Part shown: one piece after another, positions 47,848-57,416 of the stretch
Layout of the letters: each line of letters opens with the position of its first letter
Position numbering within the stretch: position 1 is the first letter of the stretch
Virus record (IMG/VR): IMGVR_UViG_3300030389_002325
Length of the DNA: 64,000 bases
Strand: one strand, 5' to 3'
DNA from: an uncultured virus (IMG/VR IMGVR_UViG_3300030389_002325)
Lineage: Duplodnaviria > Heunggongvirae > Uroviricota > Caudoviricetes > Crassvirales
Program-made: the position numbers and the translations under genes
The notes under the pieces: model-generated
Told to the model about the DNA's origin: nothing
Database searches by the model: none
What the model saw: only the letters and a program-made list of their open reading frames with translations

Positions 47848-48670
47848 ATGTTCCGTTAACCATTTTACCAGTACGTTTAGATATTACATTGTATGCTTCT
47901 TCAATACACTTTTCAATTGTTGCGCCGCCAAGATGAGCCATGTTAGTCAATACAACTACCATATCACCTATAGCATCAACAAACTCTTCATTATCATTTT
48001 TAAGTACAGCTCTACCAAGCTCACCAGCTTCTTCCATTAATTTACAAAACTGTGTTTTAGTATCACCTTTAGTATATAAGCCTCTTTCTCCTGCCCAGTC
48101 TCTAATCTTTTGAAACATATCGTACTCTGCATTATCATATCTCCAATTTTTACGCTCAGTAAGTGTATCATAATAAGCTTGATAAGCGTCTTTATGTTTT
48201 TTAACTTGAAAATATTTAGCAAATGCTTTATTGTATATATAACATCTTTCTGTAGTAAACTGAGATGTCGTTACATTGCTCATTATCCATTTAATAGTGT
48301 CCATATTAATTTCAAATGTACCATGTGTTGTTTCCCACGTTTTACCTATACTATCCATTAATCTACCTTTTAGTTTAGATTCTGGACATGGAAACGTAGA
48401 AGTCTGCTCTGTAGCGTTTATGTGCATTGTATTAGATTTAATTTTATTAATATATAGATCTTTATATTTCTGTCTGTCAACCTTATAGCCGTAAGACAAT
48501 TGAAGTTCTAACTCGCGGTCAGATATATAATCTATATCTGTACTTTGTTCTAGAACTTCTATTTCGTCTAAGTCATAGCCTTGCTGGTCAACAACTCTAG
48601 ATATAAGATCACGTGTAACACCTATTTTTTTACCCGGTATATGGTACAAATAATAATTAATTTTATCCAT
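47828..48670 (-). CDS. Fusion of a GIY-YIG-like N-terminus and a MazG-like NTP pyrophosphohydrolase C-terminus
   Basis: YYLYH...KIGVT...R at the N-terminus; KLMEEAGEL...DAIGD...RTGKMVNGTFVK at the C-terminus. Confidence 0.7.
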   Translation of the reverse strand: MDKINYYLYHIPGKKIGVTRDLISRVVDQQGYDLDEIEVLEQSTDIDYISDRELELQLSYGYKVDRQKYKDLYINKIKSNTMHINATEQTSTFPCPESKLKGRLMDSIGKTWETTHGTFEINMDTIKWIMSNVTTSQFTTERCYIYNKAFAKYFQVKKHKDAYQAYYDTLTERKNWRYDNAEYDMFQKIRDWAGERGLYTKGDTKTQFCKLMEEAGELGRAVLKNDNEEFVDAIGDMVVVLTNMAHLGGATIEKCIEEAYNVISKRTGKMVNGTFVKDEK

Positions 48671-49349
48671 ATTTTCTAGCTCTAGATGTTAAAGGGTTTT
48701 GTTCAGGTAATTTATCATTGTAAATATGTAAGTTATGCGCGAAATGATAGTATGTGCCCATGTCATATCCTGCTCTGTTTGATACTAACTGTTGTAGTTT
48801 GCTAAAACAGTATTGATCATTACAAAAGCCGTACCATAAGTCATTAGATCGCATTACAACGCACATATTTAATTTACCTTTCACAACTGTAAATTGTACA
48901 GCATAGGTACAAGGCGTGTCGTGCCTATACTTATTTATTTCTTTGCCATCGTATATCGATATTGCAGCTTGTCTTGTATCAGGATTATCTCTTAGTTGTG
49001 CAACAACTTTATCTAACTGATAGCTTCTTTCCCATTGCCAGCCGTAGTTAGAGTTTACATTTCCATCTTCGTCAGACATACGTTTCCATATAGCTGGAAT
49101 TTTACCGTATAACAAGCCAAGCTTATCTATGTTACGATCACCAGATAAATACCATTGCCACTCAGCTTCGGCATATTCCATGTTGAACTCACGCTTTTCA
49201 TTATCTATCATACGTTCCCATGGCTTTTCAATAGTAAAACCTTGATTAAACATAGCTTTAGTACCTGCAAAGTTTATTCCTTCATAAGGTATTGTGCCAT
49301 AATAAAAATCAAAAGCTTCGCTTGCATTTTTAAATGTTAATTGTATCAT
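48663..49349 (-). CDS. Thymidylate synthase superfamily enzyme, probable dCMP hydroxymethylase/methylase
   Basis: DTRQA, PCT, MRSNDLWYGFCND and HNLHIY; Asp at the ThyA Asn177-equivalent position. Confidence 0.8.
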   Translation of the reverse strand: MIQLTFKNASEAFDFYYGTIPYEGINFAGTKAMFNQGFTIEKPWERMIDNEKREFNMEYAEAEWQWYLSGDRNIDKLGLLYGKIPAIWKRMSDEDGNVNSNYGWQWERSYQLDKVVAQLRDNPDTRQAAISIYDGKEINKYRHDTPCTYAVQFTVVKGKLNMCVVMRSNDLWYGFCNDQYCFSKLQQLVSNRAGYDMGTYYHFAHNLHIYNDKLPEQNPLTSRARKYG

Positions 49350-49597
49350 TTATTATATTTGTTATAGTAAAATCTATAAAATTCAAATAACTTCGGAAGT
49401 ATTTCGTGTTTCCGATATTCTCCTGGACTAATCATTTCTTTGTTGTTAGCAACAATACGTATTTTCCAAACAGCATTATCAAAGCCAGGTGATGCAGCTA
49501 GCATACCTATTTTTATGCCATGATTTATACACCATGAATATGCTTTGTTATCTTCTTCTGTTCTTACATATTCTTCTAGCTTAACTGTTTTTGCCAT
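49346..49597 (-). CDS. Hypothetical protein
   Basis: Coupled ORF. Confidence 0.65.
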   Translation of the reverse strand: MAKTVKLEEYVRTEEDNKAYSWCINHGIKIGMLAASPGFDNAVWKIRIVANNKEMISPGEYRKHEILPKLFEFYRFYYNKYNK

Positions 49598-49721
49598 GTT
49601 TTATATTTTATATTAAATTTATCTAATATGGCTTTATACATTTCTATAGTTTGTTCAACATAAGTTTCATAATCAACTTCATTAGCTGTTATAACGTATT
49701 TTATTTTATAATCAACAGGCT

Positions 49722-51434
49722 TCATTCCCAAGGCATTTGTTCTTCAAGGTCTGGCATTTCATGTGGTACAAAACAACCTGATCTAGGTTCCCATGTAAAA
49801 TGAGCTTCAGCACCGTTTTCACCTAAGTTTTGGAACTTACATTTAAGTACTTTAACTTTAGTTGTTCTAGCTTCATAATCACGATGTACTAATAAGCCAT
49901 GATAACTAGCATCGTACCATTCGCCACCACCTTTAATATTATACATTGTTGGCTCTTCAATCTTACCTTCTTGTGTCTTATACATTTTGGTAGGGTGAGC
50001 CACTATGAATACTAACACGTCATACTTTTTAGCAAACGTTTCTATCTTTGTTAAGTATTCCATAGTATATTTGTTAACATCTTCAGTTGTACAGTCAACA
50101 TCTCTTACTTTGTTATATGGATCGATAACAAGGCATTTAATACCTTTACGTTTAACAAGCTCTGCACCTTTACGTAATACTGATTCTAATGTATATCTTT
50201 CCATGTCTATGAAAAAGAAATTATCATTTACGTGTTGTGCAACTTGATTCCATTTATTGCCTCCTATATCGCCTTTATTTGGCATATCGCCCCATACTTT
50301 ACGCATTAGTTTATGTGCGTGTAAATATGTAGGAGCATTTTCAGGAGATGCAAATGCAGTTTTCCAACCATACTCACGATTATAGCCTACACACATTTGA
50401 TCTACAAAGTCTGATTTACCTGAACTAGGTATACCAGTTACTGTAATAAACTGTTTAGTATATGTACTAAATATTTTGTCAAAGTTATGTAAACCTACTG
50501 TAAAGCCACGTTTGAAACCATTACGCACAAAGTCTGTAACTTCATCTTCAATATCTCTAAACGTTGTAACGTTTTCAAGAGGTACGGGATGAGCTTGCTT
50601 TATACGTGACATTAGCTCTTTAGCACCGTGCTTTAGCAAGTACTCATTAGCGTCTTTGCAATCATCAAATGTAGATATAAAACAAACTTCAGCGCCTAGT
50701 CTACGTATTAGCTCTTGCTGTAGTGCAATACCAGGTGGATCATTATCTACTGCAATGATTATCTTTTTCTTATCTTCAAAGTAATCAATACAGTTATCTA
50801 AATAATCTAAGTTATTTGTATTAAGTGTAGCACCATTAGGCACTGATATAGCATTTGTAACACCAGCTTCATGCAAGGCTAGCACATCCATTTCGCCTTC
50901 AACTATAACACAATCTTCATGACCTACAATACTATCAATATTATAAAATACTTTTTCAGCTCCTTTATATAGCTTAAAGTTTTTACGCGCATCTCTATAT
51001 TTAACGTTAGTTAAGTTACCACCAACTAAATAATTAAATTGTATTGTATTTTCTTGCTTACCAGTTTGCGGCATAAACTCTGTACCAACGCCAACTTTTA
51101 ATTGTTTAAGTGTTTGTTCAGATATACCTCTAGTTTTAAACCAGTCTATAACTTTATCACCTAGTTGTCCTACAGTTGTTTTAGTAGGTACAACATAGTC
51201 ACGTTCAGCTTTGCCTTTACGTTTAAACGTGTGTAATTGAAAAGGTGTATCACAGTTGTGGCATGTACCTATACCTCGTTCCCAGTCGTAGCTAGCACAC
51301 TTTTTCTTTTGGTTTTCAGGTTTGCGTGTAGATGAACACAGGGGACAAGTCCCCTGCGTTTTACCTACGTCCAAGCCGTGCTGATTAAACTTATCGATTA
51401 AGAATCCATTTATTTCTTTATCTTCTACGTTCAA
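49722..51434 (-). CDS. Primase-helicase (T7 gp4/Twinkle-like: Zn finger, TOPRIM, SF4 helicase)
   Basis: CPLC...CHNC, IVEGEMD, DND..G, KDANE, TG.PSSGKS, VIDPY, VAHP; TTG start. Confidence 0.92.
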   Translation of the reverse strand: MNVEDKEINGFLIDKFNQHGLDVGKTQGTCPLCSSTRKPENQKKKCASYDWERGIGTCHNCDTPFQLHTFKRKGKAERDYVVPTKTTVGQLGDKVIDWFKTRGISEQTLKQLKVGVGTEFMPQTGKQENTIQFNYLVGGNLTNVKYRDARKNFKLYKGAEKVFYNIDSIVGHEDCVIVEGEMDVLALHEAGVTNAISVPNGATLNTNNLDYLDNCIDYFEDKKKIIIAVDNDPPGIALQQELIRRLGAEVCFISTFDDCKDANEYLLKHGAKELMSRIKQAHPVPLENVTTFRDIEDEVTDFVRNGFKRGFTVGLHNFDKIFSTYTKQFITVTGIPSSGKSDFVDQMCVGYNREYGWKTAFASPENAPTYLHAHKLMRKVWGDMPNKGDIGGNKWNQVAQHVNDNFFFIDMERYTLESVLRKGAELVKRKGIKCLVIDPYNKVRDVDCTTEDVNKYTMEYLTKIETFAKKYDVLVFIVAHPTKMYKTQEGKIEEPTMYNIKGGGEWYDASYHGLLVHRDYEARTTKVKVLKCKFQNLGENGAEAHFTWEPRSGCFVPHEMPDLEEQMPWE

Positions 51435-51444
51435 TTATACTTAA

Positions 51445-51762
51445 TTAAAATGGTAAATCTGGATCAGCAGCTACTGCTTGTGGTTTATGATTTGTTTGTG
51501 GTGCTGGCTGGTTATCTCTGTTTGGCTCAGGAAATACACCGTCAGTCCATACAACTTTACAGTTACCTAAGTAAACTTTACTAACTTTAGCTTCTCTTTC
51601 TTCTTTAGTTTGATCTACACAAACTGGTCCTTGATTACCAAATTGATCTGGTTCATTATTAACTGTAATTGATATTGGTAAGTATTTACCTTTTTTACCT
51701 TCTATTATTTTATCTTTAGGTATTTCAGTAAGGTTAATACTAGTTTTTATTATTCCTGCCAT
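51445..51762 (-). CDS. Single-stranded DNA-binding protein candidate
   Basis: GKKGKYL...DQFGN...YLGN with an acidic DLPF C-terminus. Confidence 0.7.
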   Translation of the reverse strand: MAGIIKTSINLTEIPKDKIIEGKKGKYLPISITVNNEPDQFGNQGPVCVDQTKEEREAKVSKVYLGNCKVVWTDGVFPEPNRDNQPAPQTNHKPQAVAADPDLPF

Positions 51763-51763
51763 A

Positions 51764-52498
51764 TTATAATGTTTTATTTATGAAATAATTGTGAGGTTCA
51801 AATCCCTCTGTTTTATAGAACAAATCATATACTTCGTTTGCTTTTTCAACTTTATTGAAACCAGATGTTAAAAAATCATCTGAACAATCAAATATACCTA
51901 TTTGTCCTGTGTTTTTATCTATAGCTATAAATATCATATCATAGCCAAATAAATTCTTATATACAAAAGCTTGTGAATCATAATTATATTTTTTTGCAGA
52001 CCACTGAAACTTGTCTAAGTCTTGTGTAGTCTTTAAATCTACAATTAATTTTTCATTATGGTTTATAATATCAGCTTTACCTTTCCACCAGTTACCACCT
52101 AGTTGTGCAACACCTGGAACTTCAAACTCATTATTATCTGCATGTATAAAATCTCTACAAACTTTGTTATTCATTATTTTATTTACTAACGCTTCAGTTT
52201 TATCAACCTCATGTTGTAATAAACAAACTTCACCGTTTGTTATTTCTTTATATGCTTTTGTATTACGTGAGCTAGCTTCTACTATCTTGAAGTTTTTAAT
52301 TTTATCTGGTTCAAGTATAGCTGTATGAAAATAGCCTCCTATAAGAAAATGAGGAGCTGATGGAGTTGGCTTTTTGAACTCTAGCGGGTTTGTCATTAAG
52401 GTGCGTATATCTGAGTTAGATATAAACTGTCTACCATATTCACCATAGTAATGTTCATCGTCCTTCAGCTTCTCTAATATTTCTTTTTTATTTTTCAT
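51764..52498 (-). CDS. RecE/exonuclease VIII-like PD-(D/E)XK exonuclease
   Basis: SNS, G..FH..ILEP, KGKAD, VDLKTT and Y..QA..Y. Confidence 0.82.
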   Translation of the reverse strand: MKNKKEILEKLKDDEHYYGEYGRQFISNSDIRTLMTNPLEFKKPTPSAPHFLIGGYFHTAILEPDKIKNFKIVEASSRNTKAYKEITNGEVCLLQHEVDKTEALVNKIMNNKVCRDFIHADNNEFEVPGVAQLGGNWWKGKADIINHNEKLIVDLKTTQDLDKFQWSAKKYNYDSQAFVYKNLFGYDMIFIAIDKNTGQIGIFDCSDDFLTSGFNKVEKANEVYDLFYKTEGFEPHNYFINKTL

Positions 52499-53055
52499 AA
52501 CGTCGCTAGCTCTTGTTCTTGCTCTTTTGTTAAACTATATTTAGATTTTATTGCATCTAATTTACCACCACTTTTAACGTAATCTTTAGCTTTAGCTAAT
52601 TGTTGCGCTGATATGATAGCTTTTTCTTTAATAGTTTGTTTTTTACCGTGTGTATTAGTAGCATCCGCGTCTTGAGTATCATCAATCAAGAACAGATTAC
52701 CTAGTGCATATTTCTTACCGTAAGAACTTGCTGCACCATATCTTTGTGGCATTTGCATACCTTTCTGATCTAAGTCAACACCAACAACAGCTATAGCTGA
52801 AACAGTTTTGGTATTACCTGTACCTGTTTCTTCTTTGCCATTATTTAATCTAGCAGTAACTTGCATAACAGGTGGATCAAAAGAAATTAATTCTTCCTTA
52901 ATCGTAACTGATACATCTAGCTCCTTTAAAAAGGGTTTTGTTGCTTCTAGGATGTCTTCGGCAGATCGGAAATAATACTTGCCGAAAGAGTTATATCTAC
53001 TTTTCTTCGACTTAAACTCTTGTTGAATTTTGGATAATTTTTGGTATATTGTCAT
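52495..53055 (-). CDS. ERF-family single-strand annealing protein
   Basis: N.FGKY.FRSAEDI...KP, Q..GAASSY.KKYAL..LF.IDD..D.D; probable start ATG 53055. Confidence 0.88.
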   Translation of the reverse strand: MTIYQKLSKIQQEFKSKKSRYNSFGKYYFRSAEDILEATKPFLKELDVSVTIKEELISFDPPVMQVTARLNNGKEETGTGNTKTVSAIAVVGVDLDQKGMQMPQRYGAASSYGKKYALGNLFLIDDTQDADATNTHGKKQTIKEKAIISAQQLAKAKDYVKSGGKLDAIKSKYSLTKEQEQELATL

Positions 53056-53085
53056 ACTAATATAATTACACATTTATCATTTAAT

Positions 53086-53835
53086 TTACAGATAGTCAAG
53101 CACTTGCGAGTGATCTACCGTATCAATAAGCTTTTGTACAGCTTGCTTTTTAAGTTCAGAAACTCTTACATAATCAGATGTACCTTGTATATCTAAAGCT
53201 TTAGCTATTTCTTTAGCAGACCATTTAGGGCCATCTAAACCGTAGCTTTTACTTAATACAAACATTTCGTTCCACTCTAAGTATTTAGTTAATAAACTCA
53301 TTAAATAAGCATTTAATAATTGCTCATTGTATGGATCTGATTTATCAGGTATTTGATAAACCATATCTTCATTAGCTGGATTAGCGTCGACAGATAAAAA
53401 TATAGAGTTAAAAAACATTTCAACCATTTTTTTGTCTTTGCCACCATCTTTACGTATTTCATTTAGCTTATGCTCAGGTATACGCATTGTACCTCTGTTT
53501 TTGTCAATAGCTCGACGTATGCCACCTCTTATTCTTTTAGATAAAAAAGACTTCAACGTTTGTTCTACATCGTCAGACGCAGTTATTTTTTCCCAGTCTA
53601 TTTTATCTACAGCTTTTATCAAGTTTAAATTACCTTCTTGCATTATATCTAATATAGACATAACACCTGAAGCTTCTTGAGATGTAGCAAACTTACGTGC
53701 TATATTTTCTACTAACGGCATAAACTTAATTATTAATTCATCACGAGTATAAAAAGAATAAGGCTTGTCTACAGGCATACTTACTTTTAAGTCTTCCTTG
53801 TATCTAACATAATTCTTTACGTTATATTTTTTCAT
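53086..53835 (-). CDS. Phage sigma70-family RNA polymerase sigma factor
   Basis: Region 2 (LVENIARKF, DIMQEGN..LIKAVDK, IRRAI...RIP) and region 4 (YGL...KEIA..L...RV..L...A..KL). Confidence 0.9.
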   Translation of the reverse strand: MKKYNVKNYVRYKEDLKVSMPVDKPYSFYTRDELIIKFMPLVENIARKFATSQEASGVMSILDIMQEGNLNLIKAVDKIDWEKITASDDVEQTLKSFLSKRIRGGIRRAIDKNRGTMRIPEHKLNEIRKDGGKDKKMVEMFFNSIFLSVDANPANEDMVYQIPDKSDPYNEQLLNAYLMSLLTKYLEWNEMFVLSKSYGLDGPKWSAKEIAKALDIQGTSDYVRVSELKKQAVQKLIDTVDHSQVLDYL

Positions 53836-54442
53836 GGTTATGGTTTAATAATTGTTTTTCTTGCCTGAGTTCTTCACCCATGTTTCTATGTATAGTTCTT
53901 GGTGTACAACCTAGAACTTTTGCTATTTTAGATATAGTGATGATACCTTCATCATGTACCTGTAGCATAGCTTCGTAAATATCTTCTTTAGATATTGCTT
54001 TGCCTCTTCCTATAATTTGACCAACAATACTTAATTTTTGTTTTACATCAAGACCTGAACCATCTTTAAATACTATTTTACGTAGTTTATTTTTAGGTGG
54101 TTGCTCAAGATCTTGTAAGTAAACATCATTTATAATTTCTTTTAACATGTCAGCAGGTAAATTAAATGTAGTAAACCCATTAGGTTTATGAGTTATTACA
54201 CTTGCTAGTTCAGAAAACTGTGTTTTATCCATGTCAGGATTAAGATACCACAATACTAACAAATGCCATTTTAAAGATCTGTATGTATTTATCTTTGCCT
54301 TAGTGTTAAATAAACTGTAATATCCATAGGTACCTTCAGCATAATACCAACCCCAGTCATAGCTAGTTGTTGGATCGTCTGACGAGTACCTACGATATAC
54401 AATGCGCTTATCATGTAAATATTTCATAGCGCGATGTGACAT
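53822..54442 (-). CDS. C-terminal HTH DNA-binding protein (regulator or replication-initiator-like)
   Basis: ITISKIAKVLGCTPRTIHRNM helix-turn-helix. Confidence 0.7.
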   Translation of the reverse strand: MSHRAMKYLHDKRIVYRRYSSDDPTTSYDWGWYYAEGTYGYYSLFNTKAKINTYRSLKWHLLVLWYLNPDMDKTQFSELASVITHKPNGFTTFNLPADMLKEIINDVYLQDLEQPPKNKLRKIVFKDGSGLDVKQKLSIVGQIIGRGKAISKEDIYEAMLQVHDEGIITISKIAKVLGCTPRTIHRNMGEELRQEKQLLNHNHEKI

Positions 54443-54480
54443 TAGCCCTCTACTTTATTATCTTTAAGCCTATTGTCACT
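54435..54480. promoter_or_regulatory. 46-bp inverted-repeat site A (GTGACA-N32-TGTCAC)
   Basis: TGTGACATTAGCC-N24-ATTGTCACT, same arms and spacing as 61217-61262; covers the HTH gene start codon. Confidence 0.7.
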
Positions 54481-54588
54481 GTGCAATGTAGCCCAGTATA
54501 GCTCATGCTCGTTTTTTAATCCTCTTGAATTTATCTCTTCATCAAGCCATCTTTGGCTGTAATATAATATCCAGTCAGAGTTTTTCAT
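54442..54588 (-). CDS. Small hypothetical protein (48 aa; not in ORF track)
   Basis: MKNSDWILYYSQRW...KVEG*; TAATG overlap with the HTH gene. Confidence 0.55.
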   Translation of the reverse strand: MKNSDWILYYSQRWLDEEINSRGLKNEHELYWATLHSDNRLKDNKVEG

Positions 54589-54868
54589 AATAATCTTTAT
54601 ATTTTAAAAATAGTTTACGTTTATCTAAATCAACTTTTCCAGTATTTATAGCTTCTCTAGCTATGTCACAATGTAACTTAGCCATAACACCTCTTACATA
54701 AGATTTATGACTTAAGCATCGTCTTTTTTTAGCTATTTTTTCTAACATCATCTTTTATATTAGGATAATTTTCTTCTTCTTGTTTTTTACCATTGTATAC
54801 TATATTCCATATAAGAAATGTTAAATATATGCTAAAAATAACAAAACCTACACCAAAAAATAAATAAC

Positions 54869-55111
54869 TCATGATTTATTTATTTGATGCATTGCTATAC
54901 TAAATAATAATATTGTACCTGGCCAATGTGCTGAGTACTGTGCTTCTTCTGTATAACCTAATAAACCTAAGCTAACAGAGTATAATAAGCATACAAAAGC
55001 TATGCCTATAGGGTAATATTTATTTATTAATTTCATTTTATTTGTTTTTTGTTCATAAGCTGCAGGCGATGGTAAGCCTGAGTAATGACAGTGTTTATCT
55101 TTATTCTTCAT
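54869..55111 (-). CDS. Small membrane protein with N-terminal CHYSGLPS motif
   Basis: Hydrophobic C-terminal half. Confidence 0.55.
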   Translation of the reverse strand: MKNKDKHCHYSGLPSPAAYEQKTNKMKLINKYYPIGIAFVCLLYSVSLGLLGYTEEAQYSAHWPGTILLFSIAMHQINKS

Positions 55112-55183
55112 ATTTATCTAATAACATATGAGCAACTTCTATGCTTATCATATTATCATTGTATAATTGCCATATTAATTTTC

Positions 55184-55354
55184 TCATTGTATTATTCCTT
55201 GTTTTAATAAGTCTTGTGCTGTTCTACCAAACCAGCCTTGCAGTTTATATGCAAGACCAGTATCGTGTAAGTGTTGCCAAGCATCTATTACTTGTTCTTC
55301 TGATTCAGCTGATATAAAACCTTCAGCTAGACCTACTGCTTCGTAATTATTCAT
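55184..55354 (-). CDS. Small conserved phage protein (56 aa; not in ORF track)
   Basis: AWQHLHDTGLAYKLQGWFGRTA..L...GII; overlaps the ligase stop. Confidence 0.7.
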   Translation of the reverse strand: MNNYEAVGLAEGFISAESEEQVIDAWQHLHDTGLAYKLQGWFGRTAQDLLKQGIIQ

Positions 55355-56183
55355 AATTTCTTAAACATTTATAATGTGGATGTCTGTAACTTCCAGCTTT
55401 TGTACGCTCGAAGTATGTAAATGTAGCTGTTTGACCTATGTATTGATCTGCATTTTCTAGCATTTTAGCAAGAGCATCGTAGTCATAACCTTTACCAGGT
55501 GGACAACCAAACTCAATACCTTCATCATCTTGCATAATAAATTTACCTAGTGTACCTGTTCTTTTGCCTTTACCTGGTACAAAGTCTACAATAGTAGCTT
55601 CTGCATCGTGAAAGTCTTTAAATTTCATAAGATCCCATGATCTAGTGCCTTTGTATCTACCTTCAAATGTTCTGTATATAGAACCTTCATAACCTAGTTT
55701 AAGGTTTTTTTTGTGCATTTTAATAGCTTCATCAAAGTCTAATGCAACTTGAGTATTAACTTTACATATAGGATATGTATAAGTTAAGTCCTGAATAAAG
55801 TTAAACCTTAGAGAATAAGGAGCTATTGTCATGCTTGCTACATCGTAAACATGGTATTGTACTAGCTCAGCTGCTTCAGCTTTATCATTATCAGTTGGCT
55901 TTTTCTTTTTGACTAATGAAATAATCTTTTCAAAGTCATCTTTTAGTCCGTGATTATACAACTCGCCGTCAAGTATGGCTGTAGGATTTTTTGCAAAGAA
56001 CGGCTTTAAAGCTTGTTCTATGTGGTCTACGTTCATGAACTGGTTATTAGCGCGAGAGAACGCGCCTTTGGCAGTAAATAAACAGCGTACGCCATCTAGT
56101 TTTGGTTGTATAAATGCAGGATAGTGTGCTTTGTCCTCATTATATTTATGAGCAAGCATTGCTTTAATATCTTCCACTTCCAT
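55347..56183 (-). CDS. ATP-dependent DNA ligase (minimal type)
   Basis: PKLDGVR, LDGELY, YHVYD, GYEG.I, LMKFK. Confidence 0.93.
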   Translation of the reverse strand: MEVEDIKAMLAHKYNEDKAHYPAFIQPKLDGVRCLFTAKGAFSRANNQFMNVDHIEQALKPFFAKNPTAILDGELYNHGLKDDFEKIISLVKKKKPTDNDKAEAAELVQYHVYDVASMTIAPYSLRFNFIQDLTYTYPICKVNTQVALDFDEAIKMHKKNLKLGYEGSIYRTFEGRYKGTRSWDLMKFKDFHDAEATIVDFVPGKGKRTGTLGKFIMQDDEGIEFGCPPGKGYDYDALAKMLENADQYIGQTATFTYFERTKAGSYRHPHYKCLRNYE

Positions 56184-56484
56184 TATTTAGTTTATTATTT
56201 ATTTTATCTATTTTTTTGAGTATCATTGCTGCTTTTTCATATTCTTCTTTGTCTTCAAATATCATCATAATAGTTTGCAGTCTTGCTAATTCACCAACAA
56301 GTCTTTCTTCGTGATTTAAGCCTAACTCATCTTTGTATTTTTCTGCTGTTTTAGCTGATATAGTATAGCCTTCATTATACAGTTTTTGTATTTGCTCTGC
56401 ATATTCTATATCTGATTGTTCTTGCTTTTCCATTATTTTATCAAATAATAGTTGAGCTAATTTTTCGATTTCGTCTTCCTTCAT
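56164..56484 (-). CDS. Hypothetical protein with C-terminal UVR-like motif
   Basis: EEYEKAA.I...I; ATG lies 5 nt downstream of early promoter P1. Confidence 0.7.
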   Translation of the reverse strand: MKEDEIEKLAQLLFDKIMEKQEQSDIEYAEQIQKLYNEGYTISAKTAEKYKDELGLNHEERLVGELARLQTIMMIFEDKEEYEKAAMILKKIDKINNKLNNGSGRY

Positions 56485-56489
56485 AATTA

Positions 56490-56521
56490 TATTATCCGTT
56501 AGTTATCGTATTTAGTTTGTA
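56490..56521 (-). promoter_or_regulatory. Early promoter repeat P1
   Basis: TACAAACTAAATACGA-TAACTAAC-GGATAATA. Confidence 0.8.
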
Positions 56522-56524
56522 ATT

Positions 56525-56600
56525 ATACCACGAAAAGCCCGTACCGTCACCTGTGGACAACTCAAAGGATGTCGAAGGGAAAGCACGAGCCAACGCGGAA
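56525..56600 (-). ncRNA. Structured intergenic RNA element, copy 1
   Basis: Stems CCGCG/CGTGG and GCTCGTGC/GTACGGGC; 3' GGTAYGGGCTTTTCGTGGTAT shared with 58236-58334. Confidence 0.5.
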
Positions 56601-56616
56601 ACTAAACTACTATTAA

Positions 56617-57066
56617 CTAACTAACAGTCTGATTAATTTCTTCTGATTCAGTAAATTCTTCTTTTAGCCATAGTATTTCTGCCATGTCAAAGCCGTAATT
56701 ACCTTCATCATTTGTAATATTATCATATATTTTATCTGCTACTTCTGAAAATTCTTCTAATAACATATCATCGAAGTATATATCATCTAAGAAATATTGA
56801 TCTGCATATAGTGTACAATATCCGTTAGAGTATCTTATCATTTCCATAATAGCTTCAGCTACATCAGAGTCATAATAGTATACATCTTCAGATACACATA
56901 TACTTCTAATATCGTGAGTTACAACATACACAGAATAACCATCTACAGTTGTTTCTTCAAATGCATATACATCTGCATTATTATAAGCATTTTCATCTAC
57001 TTTTAAGCCATAATAACTTTTTACAGCTTCTATTATTTTTTCGTCAGTTGGTTGTTTACTTTCCAT
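56617..57066 (-). CDS. Acidic hypothetical early protein
   Basis: 149 aa, D/E/Y-rich. Confidence 0.7.
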   Translation of the reverse strand: MESKQPTDEKIIEAVKSYYGLKVDENAYNNADVYAFEETTVDGYSVYVVTHDIRSICVSEDVYYYDSDVAEAIMEMIRYSNGYCTLYADQYFLDDIYFDDMLLEEFSEVADKIYDNITNDEGNYGFDMAEILWLKEEFTESEEINQTVS

Positions 57067-57415
57067 TAGTTTTATTTATTTGTTTAATAGTATATAACAC
57101 AAGTCTTTTTAGCCTTTCAGTTCTTGAATATATAAGCATTCTATTATTGTGTTGACCTTCATGTAATCTTCCATCACTTGTTATTATTTTGTAAGGAGAT
57201 TTATATACTGGATTTAGTTGATAACAAGTATGATACTTGTATTCTGGTCTACTAGACATTAAATATTTTCTGATATAACCTGAGCTAAATTCAGCTACAT
57301 TATCACCTGTAGGTAATTCAAACATAGTTGTACCGTTCATTTTTTGCCTGTTAGTAGTTACATTTTTAACACCTAATGCTTTTAATGTGTCAATTGCTAG
57401 TTGTTCTTCGTTCAT
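57056..57415 (-). CDS. Hypothetical early protein
   Basis: SGYIR...YQLNP; coupled ORF. Confidence 0.7.
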   Translation of the reverse strand: MNEEQLAIDTLKALGVKNVTTNRQKMNGTTMFELPTGDNVAEFSSGYIRKYLMSSRPEYKYHTCYQLNPVYKSPYKIITSDGRLHEGQHNNRMLIYSRTERLKRLVLYTIKQINKTNGK

Positions 57416-57416
57416 T

